From: a virus
Taxonomy: Duplodnaviria; Heunggongvirae; Uroviricota; Caudoviricetes
Strand: one strand, 5' to 3'
Length of the DNA: 64,000 nucleotides
Virus record (IMG/VR): IMGVR_UViG_3300035544_000169
Position 1 is the first letter of the stretch. Each line of letters begins with the position of its first letter. Under the pieces are notes generated by a model that saw nothing but the letters and a program-made list of their open reading frames with translations, did not search any database and was not told where the DNA came from. Below are positions 26,833 to 35,713 of the stretch, one piece after another. The position numbers were made by a program, and so were the translations under genes.

Positions 26833-27061
26833 CTCCCATTAATATCTTGTACATATATATAGTTTTTTTTGTTCTACCAATAGCAAACCTATTACTTTTT
26901 CTTTTTCTGTCCTCAACTCTATCAGCTACCCTCTTTCTTTTAAGGGCCAAAATCCTATTGGGAGTTTCCATTGCCCAAGTAGCAAGGTCAAAAGCTTCGT
27001 CTGATTCATACTCATTATAGCCAGGCATTGTAGGCCACTTAACTCTATCTTCAAGACTCAT
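26816..27061 (-). CDS. Hypothetical small basic protein, paralogue of ORF 29503..29700
   Basis: W.TMPGYNEYES.EAFDLATWAMETPNRILALKRKRVADRVEDRKRKSN matches W..APGYQKYQSLEAMLLAKWALDVGSRQKALRMKKIADKMEDKKRKYN. Confidence 0.45.
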   Translation of the reverse strand: MSLEDRVKWPTMPGYNEYESDEAFDLATWAMETPNRILALKRKRVADRVEDRKRKSNRFAIGRTKKTIYMYKILMGVDDDD

Positions 27062-27275
27062 CTTTTTTATCCTTAATATCTACAGTATATACTCCATCAT
27101 TAATGTATGCGTCTGAAATACATGTAAAAAGAACTCTGTCATTCTTATCAGATACAAGCATTCCATCTGGTTCATACATTTTAAACATATCATCTTTTTT
27201 TAAGTCTTTGAAGTTAACCTCTTTAAAAACGCCACCATCTTCAAGACGAAAAACTTTTCTATTTATGTTGCTCAT
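27051..27275 (-). CDS. Hypothetical protein
   Basis: 74-aa ORF. Confidence 0.35.
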   Translation of the reverse strand: MSNINRKVFRLEDGGVFKEVNFKDLKKDDMFKMYEPDGMLVSDKNDRVLFTCISDAYINDGVYTVDIKDKKDES

Positions 27276-27516
27276 CCTTAAATCGGTCCTCCTCAGTATA
27301 TCCGTAATAAAACCACAAAACAGTCATTATAATAAATCTTAAATTATCTAAAAACCATGCAGTCCATGTATATGTATATTCAACATCTCTACCAAGCTCA
27401 AAAAGAGAGAGGAGAGCATATAAAACAACAGTTATAAGATATGCATAAATAGTGATGTTCCATAGCTCGCCCTTAAACACCTTTATCTTTTTAACTCTCA
27501 AATTAAAACACCTCAA
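27259..27516 (-). CDS. Small membrane protein
   Basis: Two hydrophobic helices. Confidence 0.35.
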   Translation of the reverse strand: MRCFNLRVKKIKVFKGELWNITIYAYLITVVLYALLSLFELGRDVEYTYTWTAWFLDNLRFIIMTVLWFYYGYTEEDRFKDEQHK

Positions 27517-28124
27517 TCCTTAAATTTATCTCCATATTCCTTCTTTAACCTTGTTCTATAGAGCCAGTTATTTCTCATATAAAAGTCCTTACTTAATTTA
27601 TAAAGCATCCTCCACTTTAATCTTTCAACAGTTTGTTCTTTTCTTTTTTTAGGTGTCTTTATTTTTCTGGCCCTCTGGATAGTCTTATAACCCGACTTTA
27701 TTCTATTACCTTTATAGTAGAACTTATCAAAATCAATCTCAATCAAACCGACAAAAGAAGGGACCTCATCCACAGGGATAACTCCTTTTGGTGCAATAAG
27801 ATAATTATACTCACCGCCGATGCAGAAACCGTTTTGAAAGTCAGAATAAGAGGCCTTAGCCTCAACCGATTTAATCGTCACATCACCAGAGTAGGTTGCC
27901 TTAAACCCAAAAGCATCTGTAATACTTTTGTTATGTATCTTATAACCAAGTTTTAAATCAAACTGTTTTTCTGCAAGGGAAGAAAAGTAGCGAGGTATTT
28001 TAAATTCATCCGTCACAAAGTTGCAGAGCTGGTTATGTTTTAAATAAAGCTTGCCAATTTCTTTTAAAGTAAAATGTTCAAAGCTCTCATTTTTTGGAAA
28101 TACAATATCTGCCATAAAAAACAT
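27513..28124 (-). CDS. Hypothetical protein
   Basis: 203-aa ORF, first gene downstream of the 480-bp AT-rich non-coding region. Confidence 0.45.
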   Translation of the reverse strand: MFFMADIVFPKNESFEHFTLKEIGKLYLKHNQLCNFVTDEFKIPRYFSSLAEKQFDLKLGYKIHNKSITDAFGFKATYSGDVTIKSVEAKASYSDFQNGFCIGGEYNYLIAPKGVIPVDEVPSFVGLIEIDFDKFYYKGNRIKSGYKTIQRARKIKTPKKRKEQTVERLKWRMLYKLSKDFYMRNNWLYRTRLKKEYGDKFKD

Positions 28125-28610
28125 TCCTTCTTAAATTTATTTATTCTTATGAACTAAGTATGTTTAAGAATATAAAAACATATATTTTTATTATGTTTAA
28201 TCATAATATGAATTAATGAATATAGGAATAAAAGAACTAACCCCTCTAATTTTAAAAAAGTATTTAGTTATACCCACAATCCAAAAACTTTTGACGATAT
28301 GAGGCCATATAATTTATGTTATTTTTTCCATTTTATCCCAAAAACCTAGATATCTTGGGATATTGAGACATAATTTAGAATTAAATAACTTGGATGTAAA
28401 ATATTTTAATAGTAAAATAACCTCTCTTTTGGTAAAAATTTCGTAAAACAAGAATTATACGAAAATATTGCGAAACTTTTTTGCGAATCTTTTTTTATAA
28501 AAACATCCAATAATATAATTCTTTTAATATTTTAAATACTGCATATAGTATAACAAGTGCTCCAATTGTAAATACTGTTCCTATTAAGAAATCCATTTTT
28601 AATTCTCCTT
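28125..28610. promoter_or_regulatory. ~480-bp AT-rich non-coding region with spaced (T)NCGAAA direct repeats – candidate regulatory region/origin
   Basis: No ORF of >=60 aa on either strand. Repeats CGTAAAA / ACGAAAA / GCGAAAC / GCGAATC recur at ~13-16-nt spacing (28440-28495). Confidence 0.35.
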
Positions 28611-28843
28611 TATTCTAGCTCTAGTAAAACTCCATTATCTTTTATATAGTTGTAAAGTTTTCTCATAACCGAATCTCTTTGCATTCGGTATTTAAAAGTT
28701 TTAACGATATTTTTATCTGTTAATGTTATTTCTAAATAATATGGCTCAACCATATTTTCTTTTTCATAAATTTCAATATTAATAATTGAGTTGACATTTA
28801 TTATATTATAATCAAGTTTAATAAAGTTTGGCTCAAAATCCAT
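28610..28843 (-). CDS. Hypothetical protein
   Basis: 77-aa ORF. Confidence 0.35.
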   Translation of the reverse strand: MDFEPNFIKLDYNIINVNSIINIEIYEKENMVEPYYLEITLTDKNIVKTFKYRMQRDSVMRKLYNYIKDNGVLLELE

Positions 28844-28858
28844 AATAATCCTCGCTTT

Positions 28859-29101
28859 CTATTTTGGAGACATCGACTTGACATAAATAAATGCAAGAAT
28901 TGTAATCCAGCTTAAAAGACATGAAAGAAAAATAGCAGAATAAATATCATTCTTATCTTTTGCTGATGAAGCCTTTATAATATGTTCAAGTGCATCTTCC
29001 CAAATATGTTTATTAACTAAATACTGTGACAGCCACAAAAACATTGTGGCCATCACTCCTGCTAAATAAAACCAAAATAATCTCTCAAATAAAACAATCA
29101 T
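28859..29101 (-). CDS. Small membrane protein
   Basis: Hydrophobic segments FWFYLAGVMATMFLWL and LLSWITILAFIYV. Confidence 0.35.
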   Translation of the reverse strand: MIVLFERLFWFYLAGVMATMFLWLSQYLVNKHIWEDALEHIIKASSAKDKNDIYSAIFLSCLLSWITILAFIYVKSMSPK

Positions 29102-29491
29102 TTATAGCACCTCTGTTAATTCCGCAAAATCTTCTGGCATTCTAAGATTAATTTTTTCAAAGTCTTCTTCCCTCATATAAAGAACAAGCGCATCATCAAC
29201 ATGCTTTAGTACATCATCAGCTGATAATCTATGATTTTCTGCTACAAGTTTGTTGCCTAAATAAAAACCTTCCCATTCACCATTTTCAAGTCTTACAAAA
29301 TGGTATTCATGACCATTTTCAAGTCTTACAAAACGGTATTCATGCGGCTTAATCGACATTTTATTGGACTTTTCTATTTCCATCATTTCTATTTCCATCA
29401 TTGCAGATAGCGTATCTTTATTTGTCCCGTACTGTTCTACCTGCTGTAAAATTTCATCTTTTAATTCTTCCCACATTTTTTCGTAATTCAT
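29102..29491 (-). CDS. Hypothetical protein containing an in-frame 30-bp tandem duplication
   Basis: HEYRFVRLENGHEYHFVRLENG is encoded by a direct DNA repeat at ~29284-29345. Confidence 0.4.
   Translation of the reverse strand: MNYEKMWEELKDEILQQVEQYGTNKDTLSAMMEIEMMEIEKSNKMSIKPHEYRFVRLENGHEYHFVRLENGEWEGFYLGNKLVAENHRLSADDVLKHVDDALVLYMREEDFEKINLRMPEDFAELTEVL
29284..29345. repeat. Tandem ~30-bp direct repeat inside CDS 29102..29491
   Basis: CCATTTTCAAGTCTTACAAAA(T/C)GGTATTCATG repeated twice consecutively. Confidence 0.6.
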
Positions 29492-29502
29492 TTATTTACC
29501 TC

Positions 29503-29700
29503 CTAAATTAGATTGTAATGATAAACAAAGCTTCTTCCTTCATTATATTTTCTTTTTTTATCCTCCATCTTATCAGCAATCTTTTTCATTCTTAAAGCTT
29601 TTTGTCTGCTCCCTACATCAAGAGCCCACTTTGCTAAAAGCATAGCTTCAAGCGATTGATATTTCTGATAACCAGGAGCGTTTTTCCAAAGGTGACTCAT
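29503..29700 (-). CDS. Hypothetical small basic protein, paralogue of ORF 26816..27061
   Basis: See the paralogue alignment under ORF 26816. Confidence 0.45.
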   Translation of the reverse strand: MSHLWKNAPGYQKYQSLEAMLLAKWALDVGSRQKALRMKKIADKMEDKKRKYNEGRSFVYHYNLI

Positions 29701-29709
29701 TTTACCCCC

Positions 29710-30039
29710 CTAAAATATAAAGACTATTATTAATGTAAATACATGGGCAAGCTGGTCTGCTATTAAGTAGCCAGAATAATGAGCCTCGCGCTGCAATGAA
29801 ATTTTCGCCAGGTCGATAATAAAATGTGTAGCAAATAAAAACATAAACTTCCAGAGTGTATAAATTCCAAGAATCTTTAACCCAAGCGACAAGAATAAAG
29901 CCCATGTCAGACAGTGTATGAATAAAATAAAAATGTATTTAGCCTTGTATGTTCCGACAAAATCTCCCTGCCAGTGAAAGTCATACATTAAGTGCATAAG
30001 TATTAAAATTGCAAACTGCTCTACCAAACTAAGCTCCAT
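29710..30039 (-). CDS. Integral membrane protein
   Basis: Three or four hydrophobic helices (FAILILMHLMY; LTWALFLSLGLKILGIY; MFLFATHFIIDLA). Confidence 0.4.
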   Translation of the reverse strand: MELSLVEQFAILILMHLMYDFHWQGDFVGTYKAKYIFILFIHCLTWALFLSLGLKILGIYTLWKFMFLFATHFIIDLAKISLQREAHYSGYLIADQLAHVFTLIIVFIF

Positions 30040-30045
30040 CGTATT

Positions 30046-30450
30046 CTAATCTCCAATCTCTATAAAGTTAAGTTCGTTAAAAATATGTGCTAACTGCTCT
30101 TCAGTCCAGTCAGGGGCTCCAGCTTCATACTCTCTGGCCAAGCCTCTTTTTAAAAGAAAGTTGCTCAAGGTTCCACCTTGTGGTAGATAAATATCTGCAA
30201 TGTATCTGCCAAAGCCACCTTTTTTATTTGTTTCAATCACTAATGTTCTATCCTTTAGAAGATGTTTAACAAACTCAGTAACAAGTATTGCTGCATTTTT
30301 TTCTCTTTTATTTGATGTTCTTAGCTCTGGTGTATCAACACCTTTTAGTCTAAGCCTTTCTTTTTTAAAGGTAGAAAAGCCTAAATCTACTGTTATATCA
30401 AATGTATCACCGTCTATAACCTCATCTACCACTGCATTGTATTGATACAT
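30046..30450 (-). CDS. Staphylococcal-nuclease-like (SNase/thermonuclease fold) protein
   Basis: DGDTFDITVD...RLRLKGVDTPE...FGRYIADIYLP matches the SNase catalytic core (Ca-binding Asp, the R/E of DTPE). Confidence 0.6.
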   Translation of the reverse strand: MYQYNAVVDEVIDGDTFDITVDLGFSTFKKERLRLKGVDTPELRTSNKREKNAAILVTEFVKHLLKDRTLVIETNKKGGFGRYIADIYLPQGGTLSNFLLKRGLAREYEAGAPDWTEEQLAHIFNELNFIEIGD

Positions 30451-30845
30451 TATTCATCCTCTCCAATATCTAAAGGTATACCAACAGATATATCGTCGAC
30501 ATTAAGGGCTCTGTCGTCCCAGTACTGAAAAGCAAACACTTTTATTCCCTCGCCATTAAAATTATTCTTAACCCATTCACAATTTTCATTAGCATAGTCA
30601 ATAGGTATATCATTTTCGTAGCAGAATTTTATAGCTTCCTCAAGCTCTTTACCAGTCCGACATGTCCAGAGAATAATTACAGTGCCATCTTCATCTTCTC
30701 TTCTCATCTCTTCTACAACATGCTTATTAATCTCTCCAATTTCAGGCCATTTATTTTGAACAATAGTTCCGTCAAAGTCGACAGCTATAATTCTAGGCAT
30801 ATCTCCATTTAAATCTTCTTTTTCTGTCATTTTATCACCTTTCAT
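30450..30845 (-). CDS. HAD-like phosphatase-fold protein (DxDGT), paralogue of ORF 8996
   Basis: IIAVDFDGTIV, ...ILWTCRTG..., same family as 8996..9286. Confidence 0.45.
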   Translation of the reverse strand: MKGDKMTEKEDLNGDMPRIIAVDFDGTIVQNKWPEIGEINKHVVEEMRREDEDGTVIILWTCRTGKELEEAIKFCYENDIPIDYANENCEWVKNNFNGEGIKVFAFQYWDDRALNVDDISVGIPLDIGEDE

Positions 30846-31566
30846 TCTCTATAAATTTTATTAGTCTTTTTAAGTTTATAGGTTTTAATAATAAATTTTC
30901 TGCTGAAACACATTTGTGAAACTTAGATTTCTCTTCCTTAACACCATGAACATGTCCGTGAATGTTAATTATGTTGTGTGACTTAAAATAAAGCTCATCT
31001 TCTATACTCAATTCCATTGGTCTGTGAGTTAAAACGAAAGTGTAATCATCAACCATCAAGGTAAAACTGTCATATACTTCTTTAAACCCAAGCCTCTCAA
31101 CGAGTTTTGTTCGTGATTGACCGTCGTGATTACCTCTAATGAGTATAATTTTGCCGTTTAAACGGTCCATAATCTCAAGCTGTCGTTTGGTGTTAGTAAG
31201 AAAGAAATCTCCTAGATGAAGCACTGTGTCATGTGGACAAACAGTATCATTCCACATTTCAATCATGTATTCATCCATCTCTTCTGCTGTTAAAAAAGGT
31301 CTGTTCTCATATTCTATAATGTTATAATGGCCAAAATGGGTGTCAGCAATCAGATATAGATTTTTAACACCCAAGATTGACTCAATTATCCTTTTTCCTC
31401 TTTCAATTTCTTCCATTGTTTTCTTTATGTTTGTTTTTCTTTTATTTATTTCTTCTGGTGTAGATTTATGATTTTCAGCTTCTTCTAAAAGTTCATAAAA
31501 CCTATCAGCTGCTTTTTGCGACTTTATAACAATAGGCTCTGTAAATCTTTTTAAGTAATCTTCCAT
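30835..31566 (-). CDS. Calcineurin-like metallophosphoesterase
   Basis: IADTHFGH (motif I/II), LGDFF, IRGNHD (GNHD/E motif). Confidence 0.6.
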   Translation of the reverse strand: MEDYLKRFTEPIVIKSQKAADRFYELLEEAENHKSTPEEINKRKTNIKKTMEEIERGKRIIESILGVKNLYLIADTHFGHYNIIEYENRPFLTAEEMDEYMIEMWNDTVCPHDTVLHLGDFFLTNTKRQLEIMDRLNGKIILIRGNHDGQSRTKLVERLGFKEVYDSFTLMVDDYTFVLTHRPMELSIEDELYFKSHNIINIHGHVHGVKEEKSKFHKCVSAENLLLKPINLKRLIKFIENER

Positions 31567-31851
31567 TTAAAATCTCGAGAGACCAATCTCGATTTCCTTT
31601 TCTAAATTTGTATGTTGACCTAGCCAGTTTTTATACTGAAACTTTTTAAGGTCCTTGTCATACTTTACTTTCATAAATCTCTTTGTTCTAGGTACAGAAC
31701 TTCTATTATCAATTAAAGACATTGTTCCTTTATACTTATCCCATGTCCCATCTAAAAACCCAACTTCAAGTTCTTCATTCTTTTCATCTAGAAGATTAAA
31801 AAATTCCTTCTTAATATCTTCGTGTTCTTTTAATTTCTGTGTAGCTGCCAT
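31567..31851 (-). CDS. Hypothetical protein
   Basis: 94-aa ORF. Confidence 0.35.
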   Translation of the reverse strand: MAATQKLKEHEDIKKEFFNLLDEKNEELEVGFLDGTWDKYKGTMSLIDNRSSVPRTKRFMKVKYDKDLKKFQYKNWLGQHTNLEKEIEIGLSRF

Positions 31852-31870
31852 TATTTTATCCCCCTTGTTT

Positions 31871-32068
31871 TTACTCTTTATTTGAAACTTCCTTTACCAT
31901 GTTTTCTATATCTAAAATAGTTTCGTGCTTTACTGTTTCGTAATCTTTTTCAGTTTTATCATAGGCTCGTCCATCCCAATAAGTCTTTTCCAAAAGCAGA
32001 TGGTATTTTATTTTATCTACTTTAGCTCTTGCTTCTTTCGAAAAGATTTTTTTAATCCATTTAATCAT
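31871..32068 (-). CDS. Hypothetical small protein
   Basis: 65-aa ORF. Confidence 0.25.
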   Translation of the reverse strand: MIKWIKKIFSKEARAKVDKIKYHLLLEKTYWDGRAYDKTEKDYETVKHETILDIENMVKEVSNKE

Positions 32069-32087
32069 TTTTATATTCCTCCATTTT

Positions 32088-32336
32088 TTATATGCAAAGC
32101 ATAATTACTATATATACAAGTGTTGAACCTGTTATAGTGTAAGCCATATCCGTCCATTCAAAGCAACCTTTATCAAGCCACTTGTCCCAGACATATTCCT
32201 TTAATATACCAACTGTACTTCCTGTTACTAATCCAAAGAATGGGTTAATCAAACTTAAAATTAGTGTTATTAACCCTCCAGCAAAAAAGTGTTTGATATA
32301 ATCAATTCTTGGTGGCTTTTCTTTTAAAAATTCCAT
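32088..32336 (-). CDS. Small membrane protein
   Basis: Two TM helices. Confidence 0.35.
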   Translation of the reverse strand: MEFLKEKPPRIDYIKHFFAGGLITLILSLINPFFGLVTGSTVGILKEYVWDKWLDKGCFEWTDMAYTITGSTLVYIVIMLCI

Positions 32337-32776
32337 AAGTCTAACACCCCTTCAATTCCTTCAGAGCCAAGAGGAATTTTGTAAATTGCTACCTTTTCTT
32401 CAAGTCCTGCAATTACCCTAACTTTCATCCCAAATATAGAACTAATCTTATCTGCGTTTTCTTTCAACTCAACAGGCATTGTTTCTTTAAATTCTTCAAA
32501 ACCCTCTTTATTAAAAACAATTACATAATGATAAGACATTTCAGGCAGTGAATTTATTGCCTCATACAAGTCATCAAGGCTTGTTTCGTCTGTATTTATT
32601 TCACATTCGACAGAATACCTATCCTTAGATATACTGTCATACCACTCAATCTGGTCTTTTGCTACCTGAGATGTCATGGTCATAACTTCTGCCGGGAATT
32701 CAATATTATCTATAAACATTCTCATCTCTGCTGCTTTTACTTTTTTTCCTGTGAATTCATTACTGATTGTGTTCAT
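32324..32776 (-). CDS. Hypothetical protein
   Basis: 150-aa ORF coupled to pyrG. Confidence 0.4.
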   Translation of the reverse strand: MNTISNEFTGKKVKAAEMRMFIDNIEFPAEVMTMTSQVAKDQIEWYDSISKDRYSVECEINTDETSLDDLYEAINSLPEMSYHYVIVFNKEGFEEFKETMPVELKENADKISSIFGMKVRVIAGLEEKVAIYKIPLGSEGIEGVLDLWNF

Positions 32777-34425
32777 CTCCTCGTAGAAGCATTTTTTATA
32801 AAGTCAACAAATAACGGATGTGGTCTTAAAGGCCTTGACTTAAACTCAGGGTGAAACTGCACACCAACAAACCACGGGTGGTCCTCTATTTCAATTATTT
32901 CAGCAAGATTTAAGTCCGGGTTTATTCCAGTAACTATCATTCCTTTTTCAAAAAACTCAGTAAAATAATTATTAAATTCAAAGCGATGTCTGTGCCTTTC
33001 ACTAATATGCTCTTCTTTATAAGCTCCGTAAGCCTTGCTATTAGTATCAAGAGTGCAGTCATAAGAGCCAAGCCTCATTGTTCCACCTTTATTATTAATT
33101 TCTTTCTGCTCATTCATGAGAGTGATTACAGGGTTTTTAGTTTCACTGTCAAACTCTAAGCTGTTGGCATCTTCTAGGCCAAGCTTGTTTCTGGCATACT
33201 CAATAGCTGCAACCTGCATTCCTAGGCAGATACCAAAGTAAGGGACATTGTTTTTTCTAGCATACCTAGCTGCTTTTATCTTACCCTCAATACCTCTTTT
33301 GCCGAATCCACCAGGAACTAGTATTCCATCATATTCTTTTAATGTTATTTTTACTGCTTCATCACAGCTTAAATCTTCTAAGTATTCAGCATCTATAAAT
33401 GCAATTTCTACATCAAGATTGTTTGCGACACCTGCATGATATAAAGCTTCTTTGATACTAAGATAAGCATCTTCAAGCTCTGTGTATTTACCAACAACAG
33501 CGATATTTACACTTTCTTTTTCTTCTTTTAAATTTTTGACCATAGTTTCCCACATATCCATATCCTTAAACTTAACTCCGGGAGTCATATCTGGTACAGA
33601 CAAATCAAAACCTATACCTTTCATAACCCTTTCAGCCATAAACTGCTCTTCATATTTCAGAGGAATATCGTATATGTGCTCAACATCTACAGATTCAAAT
33701 ATTAATCTTTTATCTATATTTCCAAAGAGTGAAATTTTATCTTTTATATCTTCCGGCATCTGACCTTTTATTCTGCCAACAACGGCATCTGGCTGAACAC
33801 CCAAGCTCCTAAGTTCTTTTAAACTCTGCTGTGTTGGCTTTGACTTGTATTCACCGACCTTATGCATATAAGGTATTAAAGTGCAGTGAATATGGAATGT
33901 ATTATCAAAGCCCAAGTCATGTCTTAACTGCCTTACAGCTTCTATAAATGGATAGCTTTCAATATCTCCTACAGTTCCTCCAACTTCAATAATAATAATA
34001 TCTGTATTTTTATCTTCTGGTAATGTCATTCTTCTTTTAATCTCGTCTGTTATGTGCGGTATAACCTGTATTGTTTTTCCTAAATACTTTCCTTCTCTTT
34101 CATTATCTAAAACAGTCTGATATATTTGACCTGTAGAAACTGAGTTTTTACCAGAAAGCTCAATGTTGATAAACCTTTCATAATGACCGAGGTCTAAATC
34201 AGTTTCAGCCCCATCTGATGTTACAAAAACCTCTCCATGTTCTATAGGGTTCATTGTCCCGGGGTCAACATTGATATAGGGGTCAAATTTCTGAACCTTA
34301 ATATTTAACCCTCTAGCTTTAAGCAAAAAACCAAGTGAAGCAGCAGTAAGGCCTTTACCTAAGCCCGAAACCACTCCACCAGTAACAAATATATATTTTG
34401 TCTTCTTGCTACGCACACTCATCAA
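32773..34425 (-). CDS. pyrG: CTP synthase (glutamine-hydrolysing)
   Basis: N-terminal KYIFVTGGVVSGLGKG synthetase domain, C-terminal class-I glutamine amidotransferase (GICLGMQ, HPEF). Confidence 0.9.
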   Translation of the reverse strand: MMSVRSKKTKYIFVTGGVVSGLGKGLTAASLGFLLKARGLNIKVQKFDPYINVDPGTMNPIEHGEVFVTSDGAETDLDLGHYERFINIELSGKNSVSTGQIYQTVLDNEREGKYLGKTIQVIPHITDEIKRRMTLPEDKNTDIIIIEVGGTVGDIESYPFIEAVRQLRHDLGFDNTFHIHCTLIPYMHKVGEYKSKPTQQSLKELRSLGVQPDAVVGRIKGQMPEDIKDKISLFGNIDKRLIFESVDVEHIYDIPLKYEEQFMAERVMKGIGFDLSVPDMTPGVKFKDMDMWETMVKNLKEEKESVNIAVVGKYTELEDAYLSIKEALYHAGVANNLDVEIAFIDAEYLEDLSCDEAVKITLKEYDGILVPGGFGKRGIEGKIKAARYARKNNVPYFGICLGMQVAAIEYARNKLGLEDANSLEFDSETKNPVITLMNEQKEINNKGGTMRLGSYDCTLDTNSKAYGAYKEEHISERHRHRFEFNNYFTEFFEKGMIVTGINPDLNLAEIIEIEDHPWFVGVQFHPEFKSRPLRPHPLFVDFIKNASTRR

Positions 34426-35104
34426 CTCCGAGAGCCATCATGTCATTATCGCAAATAGTCATATCAAGATATTCCTGAATCTCCATTAGGTCCTCATCTG
34501 TCATATCAGAAAGTTTCTTGTATACCTTATCAATCTCTTTTTCTTCAACATAGGTATGAGTTACAATCTCTATATCTCCACCAACAAAGGGTGTGAGGTC
34601 CATAGCTGCCAGAATAGACATCGTTACCTTTTCGGTAGGCCCAACTTCATCAAAACTATTTAAAGCGTACATAGCCCCCAAAGCTACCTCTCCACCGGAA
34701 CCTATAGCGGTAAAGTCTTCACTTCCGATACCAACCTGAAAGTCATAGTCGATTCTATAGAGCTCATTTTTATATGCTACTAAAAACAAACCGCCAAATT
34801 CCTTGTTGTCCTGGTCGACACCCATAATACCATTTTTATCAAAAAGTCTCCTAACTGCATCGATAAATGTCGTGGCCATATAGCCGTGGTCTGTCTGAGA
34901 GTCTTTCTGTGCCGGAACATCTAATTTATACTGCAATACCTGTCCCATTCTATAAGAACCCGCAAAACCTATTGTGAAATCACCTGAAGCAAATACCTTG
35001 CCGTCTTTCCTGTTTTCTTTTGTGTAATTTGTAGAGCCAACAGTGTCAGCGCCAATATATATTTTGTTTTCTTTTTCTGCTTTAAATCCAACTACACATG
35101 TCAT
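34409..35104 (-). CDS. HslV/proteasome-beta-like Ntn-hydrolase peptidase (T1 family); probable start MTCVVGF with Thr2 as nucleophile
   Basis: MTCVVGFK...IYIGADT, GFAGS, and AIGSGG match HslV signatures (TTIV..., GFAGG, AIGSGG). The ORF is open from 35122, but the Met-Thr start at 35104 fits N-terminal nucleophile processing. Confidence 0.55.
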   Translation of the reverse strand: MTCVVGFKAEKENKIYIGADTVGSTNYTKENRKDGKVFASGDFTIGFAGSYRMGQVLQYKLDVPAQKDSQTDHGYMATTFIDAVRRLFDKNGIMGVDQDNKEFGGLFLVAYKNELYRIDYDFQVGIGSEDFTAIGSGGEVALGAMYALNSFDEVGPTEKVTMSILAAMDLTPFVGGDIEIVTHTYVEEKEIDKVYKKLSDMTDEDLMEIQEYLDMTICDNDMMALGVDECA

Positions 35105-35242
35105 TAAATAAACCACTTCCAATCCTTTTTAAAATTAAATTTGCTTTTTTATTTTCTATAATGTAAGATTAAAAAATTTACTGCCTATACTTTTGTTGTT
35201 TAAGTAAACCTATATAAGAAGGTGCATTCTTTTATTGTATTA

Positions 35243-35271
35243 TTGACAATCAAAATTGTACGAGATACAAT
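35243..35271 (+). promoter_or_regulatory. Sigma-A-type promoter TTGACA-N17-TACAAT for the small plus-strand gene 35292
   Basis: TTGACA at 35243-35248, 17-nt spacer, TACAAT at 35266-35271. RBS GAGGTGAGG before the ATG at 35292. Confidence 0.5.
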
Positions 35272-35291
35272 TAATACAGAGGTGAGGTATA

Positions 35292-35518
35292 TGTCGAAAA
35301 AGAAAAAAATAGAAAGAATAGAATTTAGTGGAACAATTGACCCCGACCTGTATTATGAGATTAAAATGTTATCATTAAGGCTTAGAAAGATTGGTATTAA
35401 GCGTAACATTAATGAGTTAACCGAAGAAGGATACCGCTATATCCTTAAAAAATATTACTCTAAATACCAGAAACTAGGCCAGTCACACTCTAAATATGTC
35501 GAAGAAGATTTAGATTAA
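35292..35518 (+). CDS. Small basic protein (isolated plus-strand gene in a minus-strand block)
   Basis: MSKKKKIERIEFSGTIDPDLYYEIKMLSLRL... It has its own promoter and terminator. The longer ORF from 35222 lacks an RBS. Confidence 0.45.
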
Positions 35519-35548
35519 GAGGCGGAATTACCCGCCTCTCTTTTTTTA
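35518..35548. terminator. Bidirectional rho-independent terminator
   Basis: AGAGGCGG-AATTAC-CCGCCTCT perfect 8-bp stem followed by CTTTTTTTTT. Overlaps the 3' end of the convergent small minus-strand ORF. Confidence 0.7.
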
Positions 35549-35713
35549 CAATGAATTTTTCATCTCCCAAATAAGCCAAGCTACCAAGAATAAAAACCCC
35601 TCAAGTAACAACTTGCCCGACAAAGGAATGTCTGCCAGTAAAAATGATACTGCAATCAGGAAAAATCCAAATCCTCCAATCATTAGTCCTATAAAATCCT
35701 CATCAAACATCAT
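35546..35713 (-). CDS. Small hydrophobic membrane protein translationally coupled to the SPFH gene
   Basis: 55 aa, MMFDEDFIGLMIGGFGFFLIAVSFLLADIPLSGKLLLEGFLFLVAWLIWEMKNSL. The ATG overlaps the TAA of ORF 35713..36813. Confidence 0.4.
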   Translation of the reverse strand: MMFDEDFIGLMIGGFGFFLIAVSFLLADIPLSGKLLLEGFLFLVAWLIWEMKNSL

